Positions 28,981-39,049 of a stretch of 64,000 nucleotides of DNA are shown piece by piece. The translations under genes and the position numbers were made by a program. The stretch's first letter is position 1. The number at the start of each line of letters is the position of its first letter. The DNA is from an uncultured Gammaproteobacteria bacterium (GTDB taxonomy: Bacteria; Pseudomonadota; Gammaproteobacteria; Eutrophobiales; Eutrophobiaceae), in contig CAXBLT010000006.1 of NCBI GenBank assembly GCA_963976795.1, forward strand, positions 81,791 through 145,790. The letters run 5' to 3'. The notes beneath the pieces were generated by a model, which saw only the letters and a list, made by a program, of their open reading frames with translations, was not told the DNA's origin and ran no database searches.

Positions 28981-30135
28981 TTACTTACGTTTACTAATTG
29001 GTACAAATTTTTGATTATGTGGTCCAACATAATTAGCACTAGGACGAATGATCTTTCCATCTTCACGTTGTTCAATGACATGTGCTGCCCAACCAGAAGT
29101 GCGTGAAATTACAAACAATGGAGTAAACATCGCTGTGGGAACATTCATCAATGAATAAGATACCGCTGAATACCAGTCCAGATTAGGAAACATCTTCTTT
29201 TCTGCCCACATTACCTTTTCAAGTCGTTCAGCAACTTTATACATTTTCAGATTCTTAGCTTGCGTGCCCAATCGTTTCGCCACATCTCTGATCATTTTAT
29301 TACGAGGATCACCTGTAGTATAAACAGGATGTCCAAAACCAATGACTATTTCTTTACGAGCCATACGTTCTTTTATATCAGCCTCCGCTTCATCCGGGCT
29401 TGCGTAACGTGATTGGATATCAAATGCAACCTCGTTCGCACCACCATGCTTTGGTCCGCGCAACGCACCAATGGCTCCAGTTATGCTGGAAAACATATCT
29501 GATCCAGTTCCTGCAATAACACGACCGGTAAATGTTGAAGCGTTATACTCATGTTCGGCATAAAGGTTTAATGAGGTATGCATTGCTCGAACCCATGCGG
29601 CAGAAGGTTTCTTACCATGTAAAAGATGTAAAAAATGGCCGCCAATAGAATCGTCATCTGTTTCAACTTCAATGCGGGTACCATTAACTGCATAGTGGTA
29701 CCAATAGAGCAACATTGAACCAAAGCTGGCCATCAATTTATCTGCAATATCTCTTGCACCAGCTGAATTATGATCTTCTTTTTCAGGCATTACTGCACCT
29801 AATACAGAACAACCCGTTCGTAATACGTCCATTGGATGAGCCGAAGGTGATAATTGCTCCAACGAATTCTTCACTGCGATGGGCAAACCACGCAATAATT
29901 TCAATTTAGTTTTATAGGCAGTGAGTTCAGCCGTTGTTGGTAATTTTCCATGCACCAATAGATGGGCAATTTCTTCAAACTCACAGGTATCAGCAATATC
30001 CAAAATATCGTAGCCACGATAATGCAGATCATTTCCTGTTAAACCAACGGTGCATAAGGCTGTATTCCCAGCAGCAGTCCCACTTAAAGCAACGGACTTC
30101 TTAGGCTTGGGCTTTTGTATTGTTTTCTTGGTCAT
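28981..30135 (-). CDS. prpC: 2-methylcitrate synthase (citrate synthase family).
   Basis: 384 aa citrate-synthase fold protein. It overlaps prpB by 4 bp. The N-terminus '[33 protein letters not shown]' matches PrpC. Confidence 0.85.
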   Translation of the reverse strand: MTKKTIQKPKPKKSVALSGTAAGNTALCTVGLTGNDLHYRGYDILDIADTCEFEEIAHLLVHGKLPTTAELTAYKTKLKLLRGLPIAVKNSLEQLSPSAHPMDVLRTGCSVLGAVMPEKEDHNSAGARDIADKLMASFGSMLLYWYHYAVNGTRIEVETDDDSIGGHFLHLLHGKKPSAAWVRAMHTSLNLYAEHEYNASTFTGRVIAGTGSDMFSSITGAIGALRGPKHGGANEVAFDIQSRYASPDEAEADIKERMARKEIVIGFGHPVYTTGDPRNKMIRDVAKRLGTQAKNLKMYKVAERLEKVMWAEKKMFPNLDWYSAVSYSLMNVPTAMFTPLFVISRTSGWAAHVIEQREDGKIIRPSANYVGPHNQKFVPISKRK

Positions 30136-31022
30136 GGATTGTCTCCCGAAAATAATTCATCCAGTTTTTGTTCATAATCGTGATACGCAAGGTAATCATA
30201 AAGTTCTGCTCGGCTCTGCATTAGATCGATTACATTTTTTTGAGTGCCTTCTTTACGCAAGCTCGAATAAACTTTAAGTGCTGCGGCATTCATTGCACGA
30301 AATGCTGATAGTGGATACAGCGCCAGACTGACATTGACAGAGGCCAGTTCTTCGGTTGAAAATAAAGGTGTTGAACCAAATTCAGTAATATTAGCCAGCA
30401 CTGGCACACCGACAGCATCGACAAATTTTTGATACATGCTGAGTTCAGTCATCGCTTCGGGAAAAATCATGTCCGCACCCGCTTCAACGCAAGCGCATGC
30501 ACGATCAATCGCTGCATCTAGTCCTTCTACTGATAAGGCATCTGTTCTCGCCATAATCACGAAGTCAGGGTCTGTCTTGGCATCAACAGCCGCCTTAATC
30601 CTGTCGACCATCTCTCCTTGAGTAACTATCGCTTTATTGGGACGATGGCCACAACGTTTTTGTTGAACTTGATCCTCAATATGAACCGCACCAGCTCCTG
30701 CTTTGATCATTGATCGTATTGTTCTTGCTATATTAAATGCACCGCCCCAGCCAGTATCAATATCAACCAACACAGGTAACTCGGTAACATCTGTAATACG
30801 ACGGAGATCAGTTAACACATCTTCCAAACTTGTAATACCCAGGTCAGGTATGCCACATGATCCTGCAGCGACACCACCTCCGGAAATATATAAAGCTTTA
30901 TATCCAGTAGCATCAGCTAAACGTGCATGATAGGCATTTATAGCACCGACTACCTGTAATGGTTTTTCTTCTTCAACAGCAAGCCGAAACCGTGCTCCTG
31001 CTGATATCAATTTATTACTCAT
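30132..31022 (-). CDS. prpB: 2-methylisocitrate lyase.
   Basis: 296 aa PEP-mutase/isocitrate-lyase superfamily protein. '[29 protein letters not shown]' matches PrpB. Confidence 0.9.
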   Translation of the reverse strand: MSNKLISAGARFRLAVEEEKPLQVVGAINAYHARLADATGYKALYISGGGVAAGSCGIPDLGITSLEDVLTDLRRITDVTELPVLVDIDTGWGGAFNIARTIRSMIKAGAGAVHIEDQVQQKRCGHRPNKAIVTQGEMVDRIKAAVDAKTDPDFVIMARTDALSVEGLDAAIDRACACVEAGADMIFPEAMTELSMYQKFVDAVGVPVLANITEFGSTPLFSTEELASVNVSLALYPLSAFRAMNAAALKVYSSLRKEGTQKNVIDLMQSRAELYDYLAYHDYEQKLDELFSGDNP

Positions 31023-31043
31023 TTAAAGTGACTTCCTGTTTGA

Positions 31044-31733
31044 TTAATCTGTAATGGCTAAATGTTCATCAAGCATCTTTTCAACATTTATACGTGAACT
31101 TCTGATATGTCTCGACATTAAAAATTGTGCTAACTCACCATCATGCTGACGTATTGCATCAACAATTTGTCCATGTTCTACGAATGCTCGTGGCACACGT
31201 TTACTGACCATGCCGAATTGATATCGGTAAAGACGGATCAAATGATAAAGGTCATTAGAAAACATATCGATTAAATGGAAGTTTTTACTGCCTTTAATTA
31301 TCCGAAAATGGAAATCCATATCACCTTCTTTTTGATAGTAACTTTGGTCTTGTTTTATTTGATGCCGGTGTTTTTCAAGTAGCACATCGAGTTCGTTAAT
31401 ATCCTTATCACTCATATTTTCTGCCGCCTGTCTTGCCGCCAAACCTTCCAGAGACTCCCGAATAAGGTAAATCTCAACCAAATGTTGTCGCGTTAATGTA
31501 ACAACACGCGCTCCTACATTTGGTTTACGTTCGATTAAATTACATGTTTCAAGTCGACTTAGCGCCTCACGCAAAGGACCTCGACTGATACCAAATTCAT
31601 TTGCCAAAGCCGGTTCACTAATTTTTGATCCAGCTGGTATAATCCCTTCTACAATTGCATTCTGTAATTTACTACAGACTGTATCTGCTATAGTTGAAGC
31701 GATGACTGGCTCATTTTCAAGCGGCTCAGACAT
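31044..31733 (-). CDS. prpR: GntR-family transcriptional regulator with FadR-type C-terminal (FCD) domain; likely regulator of the prpBC operon.
   Basis: N-terminal wHTH 'IPAGSKISEPALANEFGISRGPLREALSRLE'. Length is 229 aa. It lies directly upstream of and co-directional with prpB-prpC. Palindromic operators sit in its own upstream region. Confidence 0.8.
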   Translation of the reverse strand: MSEPLENEPVIASTIADTVCSKLQNAIVEGIIPAGSKISEPALANEFGISRGPLREALSRLETCNLIERKPNVGARVVTLTRQHLVEIYLIRESLEGLAARQAAENMSDKDINELDVLLEKHRHQIKQDQSYYQKEGDMDFHFRIIKGSKNFHLIDMFSNDLYHLIRLYRYQFGMVSKRVPRAFVEHGQIVDAIRQHDGELAQFLMSRHIRSSRINVEKMLDEHLAITD

Positions 31734-31750
31734 AAATATTTAGCCTCATA

Positions 31751-31823
31751 TTGTTGACAATCTATCTATAAAAAGCGGATTTATTCGTTTAATTTAACAT
31801 TTCATATCATAATTGTCGACAAT
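31751..31823. promoter_or_regulatory. Bipartite operator copy 1: TTGTTGACAAT (31751..31761) and AATTGTCGACAAT (31811..31823), 18 bp upstream of the GntR start codon.
   Basis: The core TTGTCGACAA is a perfect palindrome. It fits the GntR/FadR-type t-GT-N-AC-a operator class. The same two boxes with the same spacing recur at 60058..60134 and 60676..60754. Confidence 0.45.
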
Positions 31824-31848
31824 ATAGCGATGATTATGATCAAATTTC

Positions 31849-33177
31849 TTAAAATAAAACAATCATGCCTAGACCCATAACAAAACCAGACCATAACAAT
31901 ATTACAGTGCAATAACCCATAATATCCTTGATACCCAACCCCACTATACCTAGTAGAGGGAGTGCCCAAAAAGGTTGAACCATATTAGTCCATGCATCCC
32001 CAAAGGCAACCGCCATGGCTACATGATTGAGGGGAACTCCAAGCGCTTGAGCGGCAGGAATAACGATCGGGGCTTGCACTGCCCATTGACCACCACCTGA
32101 AGGAACAAAAAAGTTAACTATACCCGCACTAAGAAAGGTAAATAAAGTAAATGTGTCTGCTGTCGAGATACCAATAAACCACTCACTAATCGAAACAGCC
32201 AGGCCTGAACTCACCATCATTCCCATAATTCCGGCATAAAGAGGAAACTGCAATACAATTCCTGTTGTACTTTTGATCGCTTCATTCAAAGCCCGTAAAT
32301 AATTTGCGGGGTTTTTTTGTAATAAAAGTCCTACCATCAGGAAGATCATATTAAGGCTATTGAGCCCGAGTTTCCCCCCATCTATAAAATAACCCAGGAG
32401 ATAGTAGAGACCCATACCACTCAATAATAAGGAGACCAGCGTGCTATTTTCAAGTTTTTCGGCGGGCGTCATATCGCTAGTTATCGATGGAGACTCTTCT
32501 TCATTATCTCTTAACACTGCTGGTATTTCTTTTACTTGATCCGGAGTTGGCATCATTAAGCGATACACTATTGGAACAGTCAAAATTAATAATGCACAGA
32601 TTGTTAGCACTTCTGAACTAAAGATAGTCTCGCCGACTGGAATCGAGCGTCCACCCAATAGTTGCCCCAGACTATCGCCATCAGCAACTGCAATTTTTAG
32701 TGGAATCGTACCAGAAAGACCGGCATGCCAAATCAACATACCTGAATAAGCCGCTGCAACCAGTAGAGGATAGTGTATGCCTTTTATTCTTTGTGCAATT
32801 TCTCTTGCAAAAAGTCCGCTGGCAATTAAACCAAAACCCCAGTTAACCCACCCAGAGAGCAAAGCAATAACCGTCATTAACATTATCGCTTGGCCTGGCG
32901 TCTTGGCGACACCTCCGACCAAATATAAAAGTCTCTTTACAAGTGGTGTCTTCGCCAGCACATAACCCGTAACCAATGTCAGAAGCGCTTGCATAGAGAA
33001 GGTTAATAGATTCCAGATTCCATCGCCCCAAAAATCAATCATCTGATTGACTGTTTTATCTTCTACAACGACGCCACTAATCAACACCACAAATGTAAGA
33101 ATGATTGCGAATAAAAATGCATCGGGTAACCAACGTTGCATTATGTTAGTGAAGAAAGTTGCCAATGATTGAATCAT
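31849..33177 (-). CDS. atoE: Short-chain fatty acid transporter (AtoE family).
   Basis: 442 aa. Collinear with E. coli AtoE ('RWLPDAFLFAIILT', 'WGDGIWNLLTFSMQ', 'FFVPSGGGQWAVQAPIVIPAAQALG', 'DIMGYC'). Confidence 0.85.
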   Translation of the reverse strand: MIQSLATFFTNIMQRWLPDAFLFAIILTFVVLISGVVVEDKTVNQMIDFWGDGIWNLLTFSMQALLTLVTGYVLAKTPLVKRLLYLVGGVAKTPGQAIMLMTVIALLSGWVNWGFGLIASGLFAREIAQRIKGIHYPLLVAAAYSGMLIWHAGLSGTIPLKIAVADGDSLGQLLGGRSIPVGETIFSSEVLTICALLILTVPIVYRLMMPTPDQVKEIPAVLRDNEEESPSITSDMTPAEKLENSTLVSLLLSGMGLYYLLGYFIDGGKLGLNSLNMIFLMVGLLLQKNPANYLRALNEAIKSTTGIVLQFPLYAGIMGMMVSSGLAVSISEWFIGISTADTFTLFTFLSAGIVNFFVPSGGGQWAVQAPIVIPAAQALGVPLNHVAMAVAFGDAWTNMVQPFWALPLLGIVGLGIKDIMGYCTVILLWSGFVMGLGMIVLF

Positions 33178-33313
33178 GGCATGCCCCCCCTGTGATATGT
33201 TAGGCGTCTGTGGGTAGACGATAGACTGTATTATTATTTTTAAACTTTTATATAAATCATATTTTTTGCCAATCCATGCCCTAGCTATTATCTACTGATA
33301 ATGCAGAAGGTTT

Positions 33314-33949
33314 TTATGCTTCAAAGCTAGCGCGTGCCGATACTTTTTCAAACCATATTTTTGTTCTATCATTCGTATCGGGTATATGGATCTCTACCCA
33401 TTCGGCAAACCCAATTGCACAAACAGCTGTGATATCAACCATTGTAAATTGTTCACCGGCCAGGTATGGCCCTTCTTCAAGGTATTTTTCTAACCACCAA
33501 AAAAAACGCTCCAGGGTTTGTGTGCCACGATCAATTAAAGCTGGTATAGCTGGTATATTGGCACTACCAGCGCCAGGAATGCTTCGATTTAAAAACTGCT
33601 CATGCTGATTTCGAAAGACTTCAGATGTGGATATCATGCCATCAAATTCCATCTTACGTTGTCGCATGGTAATGATAGCTTTCTCTTTTAGATCCCGCCC
33701 AAGTAATGCAGGCTCCGGTTGCACTTCTTCAAAATAACGACAGATAGCCATTGCTTCATCAATACGTGTCCCATCATCAAGTTCGAGTACGGGTAATAAA
33801 CCGCGTGGATTAATAGAAAGAAAACCATCTTTAAGATTCTCACCACCTAGAATATCTACTTCGACTTTTTCTAGCTCAATACCTTTTTCAGCTAAAAACA
33901 TGCGTACACGTCGAGGATTTGGCGCTACATGGCAATCATATAATTTCAT
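33314..33949 (-). CDS. Glutathione S-transferase.
   Basis: N-terminal thioredoxin-like GST domain ('MKLYDCHVAPNPRRVRMFLAEKGIELEKVEVDILGGENL...LPVLELDDGT'). Length is 211 aa. Confidence 0.85.
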   Translation of the reverse strand: MKLYDCHVAPNPRRVRMFLAEKGIELEKVEVDILGGENLKDGFLSINPRGLLPVLELDDGTRIDEAMAICRYFEEVQPEPALLGRDLKEKAIITMRQRKMEFDGMISTSEVFRNQHEQFLNRSIPGAGSANIPAIPALIDRGTQTLERFFWWLEKYLEEGPYLAGEQFTMVDITAVCAIGFAEWVEIHIPDTNDRTKIWFEKVSARASFEA

Positions 33950-34042
33950 CTTTTTCTCTTCCAGTTTTATCGTCTAGATTTGCTGTAATATTTATCTAGT
34001 ACAACATAGCTATTTTGATCGTAAAAATTTAAGCATTCTTAT

Positions 34043-34489
34043 TTATTCGCTGGGGATCTCAATTACTTCTTCCATCAGTACTTCAGTTAAATCCAACTTC
34101 CAAACTCCGTCTATAAAGACCCAATGATCGATTTCTTTTTCAATAATGGGAATAACATTAAACACATCACTGGCCTTGGTCCATGCATGTACTTGTGCTT
34201 TATTCCCGTTTACTTCAATAGCGGTCACACCACCATCAACAATATCAACCTGAGCTGATTGCATAACACCAACCCACTCTTCAACATACTTTTCTTTAGT
34301 TCTCCCATCTCGCATATTCTCTGTAACCATATCGTATGCCGTTGCAAAATCTTTTGATTGAACCGCATTAAAATATGTTTGTTGTAATGCTGCTATCGTT
34401 ACGCTTGCTTCATCGCCTCCACACCAACCCACTCTGATCACAGAAAAAAGAAGTAACAGTGTAACTGTCATTATTTTTACTATATTCAT
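34043..34489 (-). CDS. Hypothetical secreted protein (148 aa).
   Basis: Signal peptide 'MNIVKIMTVTLLLLFSVIRVGWC'. No recognisable motifs. Confidence 0.5.
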   Translation of the reverse strand: MNIVKIMTVTLLLLFSVIRVGWCGGDEASVTIAALQQTYFNAVQSKDFATAYDMVTENMRDGRTKEKYVEEWVGVMQSAQVDIVDGGVTAIEVNGNKAQVHAWTKASDVFNVIPIIEKEIDHWVFIDGVWKLDLTEVLMEEVIEIPSE

Positions 34490-34753
34490 AATTTAGTATC
34501 CTTGAAGTTTAGGTTTAATAATGGCTGAGCTTAATATTTTTCTATCTGTTCTCGCGTTAGAGCATGACTACATTTGCCCAGATTAAGCTATAAGCAAGTC
34601 CAATTTTGAGCACTGCTAGTCAACTCTTCCAGTTGGTGCAAACAATTGTTTTGGATCATCCTGACTCCCAGCCCATAAGGTCAGGGAAGTACCATCATAC
34701 TGTACTCTGCTGCTCCCCATATACATGAACTTAATTATGGAATTGTCATTTAA

Positions 34754-35404
34754 TCAGTTTGTTTTTAAATCAGGACTGACCGTGAATTCTGCTTCTGTTT
34801 TCTGTTTAATTTCTTCCAATTCGACTCCAGGTGCTAATTCAATCAACATTGGTTTGTTTCCTTGAAAATCGAATACTGCCATATTCGTAATCAAGAGATC
34901 CGTTACATTAGAACCGGTCAATGGCAAATCACAAGCTTTAAGAAATTTAGGGCTACCATCTTTGGCTGTATGGTCCATTATAACGACGACCTTATTAACA
35001 CCTGCTACTAGATCCATAGCACCACCCATGCCCTTAATCATCTTACCCGGGATCATCCAGTTAGCTAAATCACCATTTTGGGCGACTTGCATAGCACCTA
35101 AAATCGCCAGGTTAATATGGCCACCTCGAATCATGGCAAAACTATCTGCGCTTGAAAAATAACTCGTTTGTGGCAATTCTGAGATAGTTTGCTTACCTGC
35201 ATTAATTAAATCAGGATCGACTTGATCAGGATATGGGAACGGGCCCATACCAAGCATGCCGTTTTCACTTTCTAATATGACGTGTACATTATCGGGAATA
35301 TAATTAGCCACTAACGTTGGTATCCCTATTCCCAAATTGACATAAAACCCATCTTGTAACTCTTGCGCAGCACGTTGTGCTATTTCTTCTCTAGACCATG
35401 GCAT
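34754..35404 (-). CDS. atoA: 3-oxoacid / acetate CoA-transferase subunit B.
   Basis: 216 aa. Family I CoA-transferase beta-subunit motifs ('NLGIGIP', catalytic-Glu region '[10 protein letters not shown]'). Confidence 0.85.
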   Translation of the reverse strand: MPWSREEIAQRAAQELQDGFYVNLGIGIPTLVANYIPDNVHVILESENGMLGMGPFPYPDQVDPDLINAGKQTISELPQTSYFSSADSFAMIRGGHINLAILGAMQVAQNGDLANWMIPGKMIKGMGGAMDLVAGVNKVVVIMDHTAKDGSPKFLKACDLPLTGSNVTDLLITNMAVFDFQGNKPMLIELAPGVELEEIKQKTEAEFTVSPDLKTN

Positions 35405-35419
35405 AATTAAAATCCTCTA

Positions 35420-36124
35420 CTAAGCTACGTATTCACGTGTTGTCATAATTTCGATCGGTTTCTTATGGTCAGTGCCAACAATAAAACCATTTACATAAAT
35501 GCCTGGTGTATGAATCTGATCAGGATCAAAATCTCCCGAAGCCACATGTTCTTCAACCTCAGCGATGGTTACTTTTCCAGCTGTTGCCATTACGGGGTTA
35601 AAGTTTCTGGCTGTTTTCCGATAGACTAAATTGCCTTCATCATCAGCCTTCCATGCCTTAACCAGTGAGAGATCAGCGATCAAACCAGTTTCCAGAATAT
35701 AAGTAACGCCATTAAACTCCTTATGTTCCTTACCTTCCGCAATCACAGTACCTACGCCGGTCTTGGTATAGAAACCCGGAATACCAGCCCCACCTGCACG
35801 ACAACGTTCTGCTAATGTCCCCTGCGGGTTAAATTCCAGTTCTAATTCACCACTCATATATTGCTGCTCAAATGTTTTGTTCCCACCAACATAAGATGAG
35901 ATCATTTTCTTGATTTGTCGTGTTTGCAACAGGATTCCCAAACCAAAGTCATCTATACCACAGTTATTTGAGATCACAGTGATGTCTTTCACACCTGAGT
36001 CACGTAATGCAGTTATCAGGTACTCCGGTATACCACAAAGTCCAAAGCCTCCTGCCATTATTGTCATGCCATCAAACAAAACTCCTTCCAGAGCTTCTGG
36101 CGCACTATTTTTCAATTTTTTCAT
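35420..36124 (-). CDS. atoD: 3-oxoacid / acetate CoA-transferase subunit A.
   Basis: 234 aa. 'DGMTIMAGGFGLCGIPE' is a typical alpha-subunit N-terminus. It lies directly upstream of subunit B. Confidence 0.85.
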   Translation of the reverse strand: MKKLKNSAPEALEGVLFDGMTIMAGGFGLCGIPEYLITALRDSGVKDITVISNNCGIDDFGLGILLQTRQIKKMISSYVGGNKTFEQQYMSGELELEFNPQGTLAERCRAGGAGIPGFYTKTGVGTVIAEGKEHKEFNGVTYILETGLIADLSLVKAWKADDEGNLVYRKTARNFNPVMATAGKVTIAEVEEHVASGDFDPDQIHTPGIYVNGFIVGTDHKKPIEIMTTREYVA

Positions 36125-36475
36125 TAGTTACCCTTCTATTTATAACTATATCTAATGCCCAATTAACATAGGTCAATGGCATATTTATGAATACTAAAAC
36201 TATATTTTAAGTGTAAAACTTTATACCGCATTATTCATTCAGTACAAAAAACAATAATTTCATCAACTTGTTAGCCAAAGAATTCTAACGCCAGTCCATT
36301 ATCGGAACTGCTAGATTTATGTGTATTTTACCGAAAAAAAACATCCAGAAACAAACTTTAATATTCTTATAATCAATCAGCGAACAATGAATCTCAAGTG
36401 CCTATAACAAAAATCACTAATGCGGGCATTATGCGAGAATCAATCCGTTTGTAAAAGTGATATTACTTTTCAAAG

Positions 36476-36511
36476 CATTCTCTTCCATGATTAAAACCAT
36501 AGAAGAGAATG
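36476..36511 (-). terminator. Perfect 10-bp inverted repeat (CATTCTCTTC ... GAAGAGAATG, 16-nt loop) downstream of the RND gene. Possibly an operon-terminal hairpin or a protein-binding site.
   Basis: Read from the DNA. There is no U-tract after the stem, so it is not a canonical intrinsic terminator. Confidence 0.25.
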
Positions 36512-36550
36512 TAGAAAACAGGACTACTTCATTTCTTTAAACTAGTTATC

Positions 36551-38989
36551 TTATGCGGGCGCGTTACCTGTTAAGGCTGCATCATTCGCATTATTAGTTT
36601 GTTCCCGTTCTTCATTAAAAATGAATTTTGGTTTAAAAATATATGCCATGGCAGGCATCAAGAACAATGCTGATAAAGCAGATACGGTAAGCCACATGCC
36701 AATTAGCATACCCATTTCAGCCTGGAAGCGTAATGAGGAGAAGAGCCACACTCCAACGCTGACAATCAAGACAAGCGCAGTAACCAATACACCGCGGCCA
36801 GCACAATGCAATGATATTGCAATTGCCTCTAGGTGAGATTTTCCTAAATCATACTCACCCTTAATTCGATCACAAATATATAGTGTGTAATCCACACCTA
36901 GCCCAATTCCTAAAGCAGCAACAGGAACGGTATTAATATTCATACCTATATTTTGCCAAGACATGAAAGCAAAAGTAACAAGATTCGCTAACACAACTGG
37001 CACCATAAAAAACATACCGGCAATACTAGAGCGATATACAACGATACACATCATCACCAGAATGAACAGGGCTAAGGCAATCGATTGTATCTGCCCAGAC
37101 AAGATGACCTCATTCACAGATGCAATTACACCTATAATTCCACCCGCCAATCTAAAGTTAGCAAGTTCTTGTAGCTCGGGGTTATCTTTTATGAATTGTT
37201 TAACACGCGCAATTGCCGTTTGAATCGTCACACCTTTTCTATCTGAAAAATACATCAGCACGGAGGCATAATTAATATCAACATCAGTGAAACGTAACAA
37301 ATCACCTGGTTCAGCCGCTCGTTCAAACATGAACAATAATTCTCCATTCTGATCAGTATTCGTACCTAATTCTGAATATCGAAAGTTACCTTCACGTAAA
37401 GTCTGGTTAACTGAAGGGAGTACGTCGGCTACGGATATAGTAGCTCCAATTTCTTTTTGTTGTTCCATGTACTGCTGAAATCGCAGCATACCATCAAGAA
37501 TTTCAACATCTTTTATCTTCCCTGTGACCTTCCCACCAAACTCATTCTTTGCACCTTCTTCAACACCCCCTACAACAACAAACATCCTGTCTGCACCGGG
37601 AAATTGTTTATTTATGTTTGCAGAATCCACGTTATAACGACCATCTGGCCAAAGAATAGGAGAACCAGGATTAGCATCACCTACTTTTAAGTCAACTGCG
37701 TAGATCCCGCTCACTATGAATAATAAAACTGCCAATGCCACAACAACATATCTTGCTTTAGTCGCAACAACATTAACGCAGATATTTAAGAAAGGTCTGA
37801 TCACTAGCAAATCCAGATTAAGCGGATGCGCATATGACTTTGGCTTTTTGACCCATGACAGTAATACAGGTGTCACGATGATAGAACTAATAGCCACGGT
37901 ACCAACCCAGACAACGGCTAAAACAACTAATTTTTGCAATAATGGAATGGGACTAATCGCGACCACTGTCACGCAACCTGCATCAGTTGCGATCCCTAAC
38001 AAGCCAGGTCTAAGTAGATCTTTCATTGTCACGGTTGCCGCAGACAGGGAGTCTAGATCTTCCTCATGTCCTTCAACTTTATCGATCTCTTCATGGAACC
38101 GAGTCATCATCTGCACTGAGTGAGATACCGCTCGAGCTGTAATCAGCATGGCAACAACAACAACCAGTGGGTCAAAGTGAATACCGCATAATTGCGCTAC
38201 ACCCAAAGCCCAGACAGCACTAATAGCACCCGACAACATAGGCAAGATAGTTCCACGCCAAGTCCTGTTTATAACGAATAACAAGACAAGAAAAATTGCC
38301 GCGGCAATACTGATAAGCTTCATTGTTTCTGGTAGGAAGTGGTCAACCCAGCCATACAATATCGGGTTACCCACCAAACTTATATCAACAGTGTCGTCAT
38401 CAAGCCTTTCCACTAACTCATATGCTTGTTTATACGCAAGATTGAAATCGAGTAGATTGTCGAAAAAATCCACTGTAATGAGTGTTGCCGTTAAGTCTTT
38501 TGATACAAAAGGTCCATAAACCAGTGGGCTACGTAAAATAGCCTCTTTCATATAATCGATATCAGCTTGAGTCTCTGGTAAATCTGGCCACATATACGGA
38601 AAGCTTTCAATACCAACTGTAGACGCTCTGGTTTCTTTAAGTTTTTTACCCGCTATAGAGTAGATCTGAAATTCATTTATGGCGTCAATCTTGTATAAGC
38701 CTTGAGTAAGGTCTCGTATTTTTTTCAAGACCGGCATTTGAAAGATATCACCTTCTTTTGATTGAATCATGAAGGTAATAATACTGGTACCGCCAAAAGT
38801 ATCCTTAAATTGCTCGTGTACTTTTATATAGGGGTGTGAACCAGGCTGTAAATCTTCGAATACCGTTTTGACATCTATTCGATAAGCAAAATTTGCTAAA
38901 ATAGCTGTTACAACAATGACCATTGCGAGCACAACTTTTCTGTGTCTCATACAAAATAAAGCAAAATTCTCTAACATTTCTTTCTCCAA
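36551..38989 (-). CDS. RND-superfamily (MMPL/HpnN-like) inner-membrane exporter.
   Basis: 812 aa. Two repeats of 1 TM plus a large periplasmic loop plus 5 TM. A sterol-sensing-domain-like region. It is the last gene of a four-gene minus-strand cluster. Confidence 0.85.
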   Translation of the reverse strand: MEKEMLENFALFCMRHRKVVLAMVIVVTAILANFAYRIDVKTVFEDLQPGSHPYIKVHEQFKDTFGGTSIITFMIQSKEGDIFQMPVLKKIRDLTQGLYKIDAINEFQIYSIAGKKLKETRASTVGIESFPYMWPDLPETQADIDYMKEAILRSPLVYGPFVSKDLTATLITVDFFDNLLDFNLAYKQAYELVERLDDDTVDISLVGNPILYGWVDHFLPETMKLISIAAAIFLVLLFVINRTWRGTILPMLSGAISAVWALGVAQLCGIHFDPLVVVVAMLITARAVSHSVQMMTRFHEEIDKVEGHEEDLDSLSAATVTMKDLLRPGLLGIATDAGCVTVVAISPIPLLQKLVVLAVVWVGTVAISSIIVTPVLLSWVKKPKSYAHPLNLDLLVIRPFLNICVNVVATKARYVVVALAVLLFIVSGIYAVDLKVGDANPGSPILWPDGRYNVDSANINKQFPGADRMFVVVGGVEEGAKNEFGGKVTGKIKDVEILDGMLRFQQYMEQQKEIGATISVADVLPSVNQTLREGNFRYSELGTNTDQNGELLFMFERAAEPGDLLRFTDVDINYASVLMYFSDRKGVTIQTAIARVKQFIKDNPELQELANFRLAGGIIGVIASVNEVILSGQIQSIALALFILVMMCIVVYRSSIAGMFFMVPVVLANLVTFAFMSWQNIGMNINTVPVAALGIGLGVDYTLYICDRIKGEYDLGKSHLEAIAISLHCAGRGVLVTALVLIVSVGVWLFSSLRFQAEMGMLIGMWLTVSALSALFLMPAMAYIFKPKFIFNEEREQTNNANDAALTGNAPA

Positions 38990-39049
38990 CGAGCCGAAAT
39001 CAAATACTTCGACTACCCCTAATTATTTATTATTATTTGAATAAAAAAT

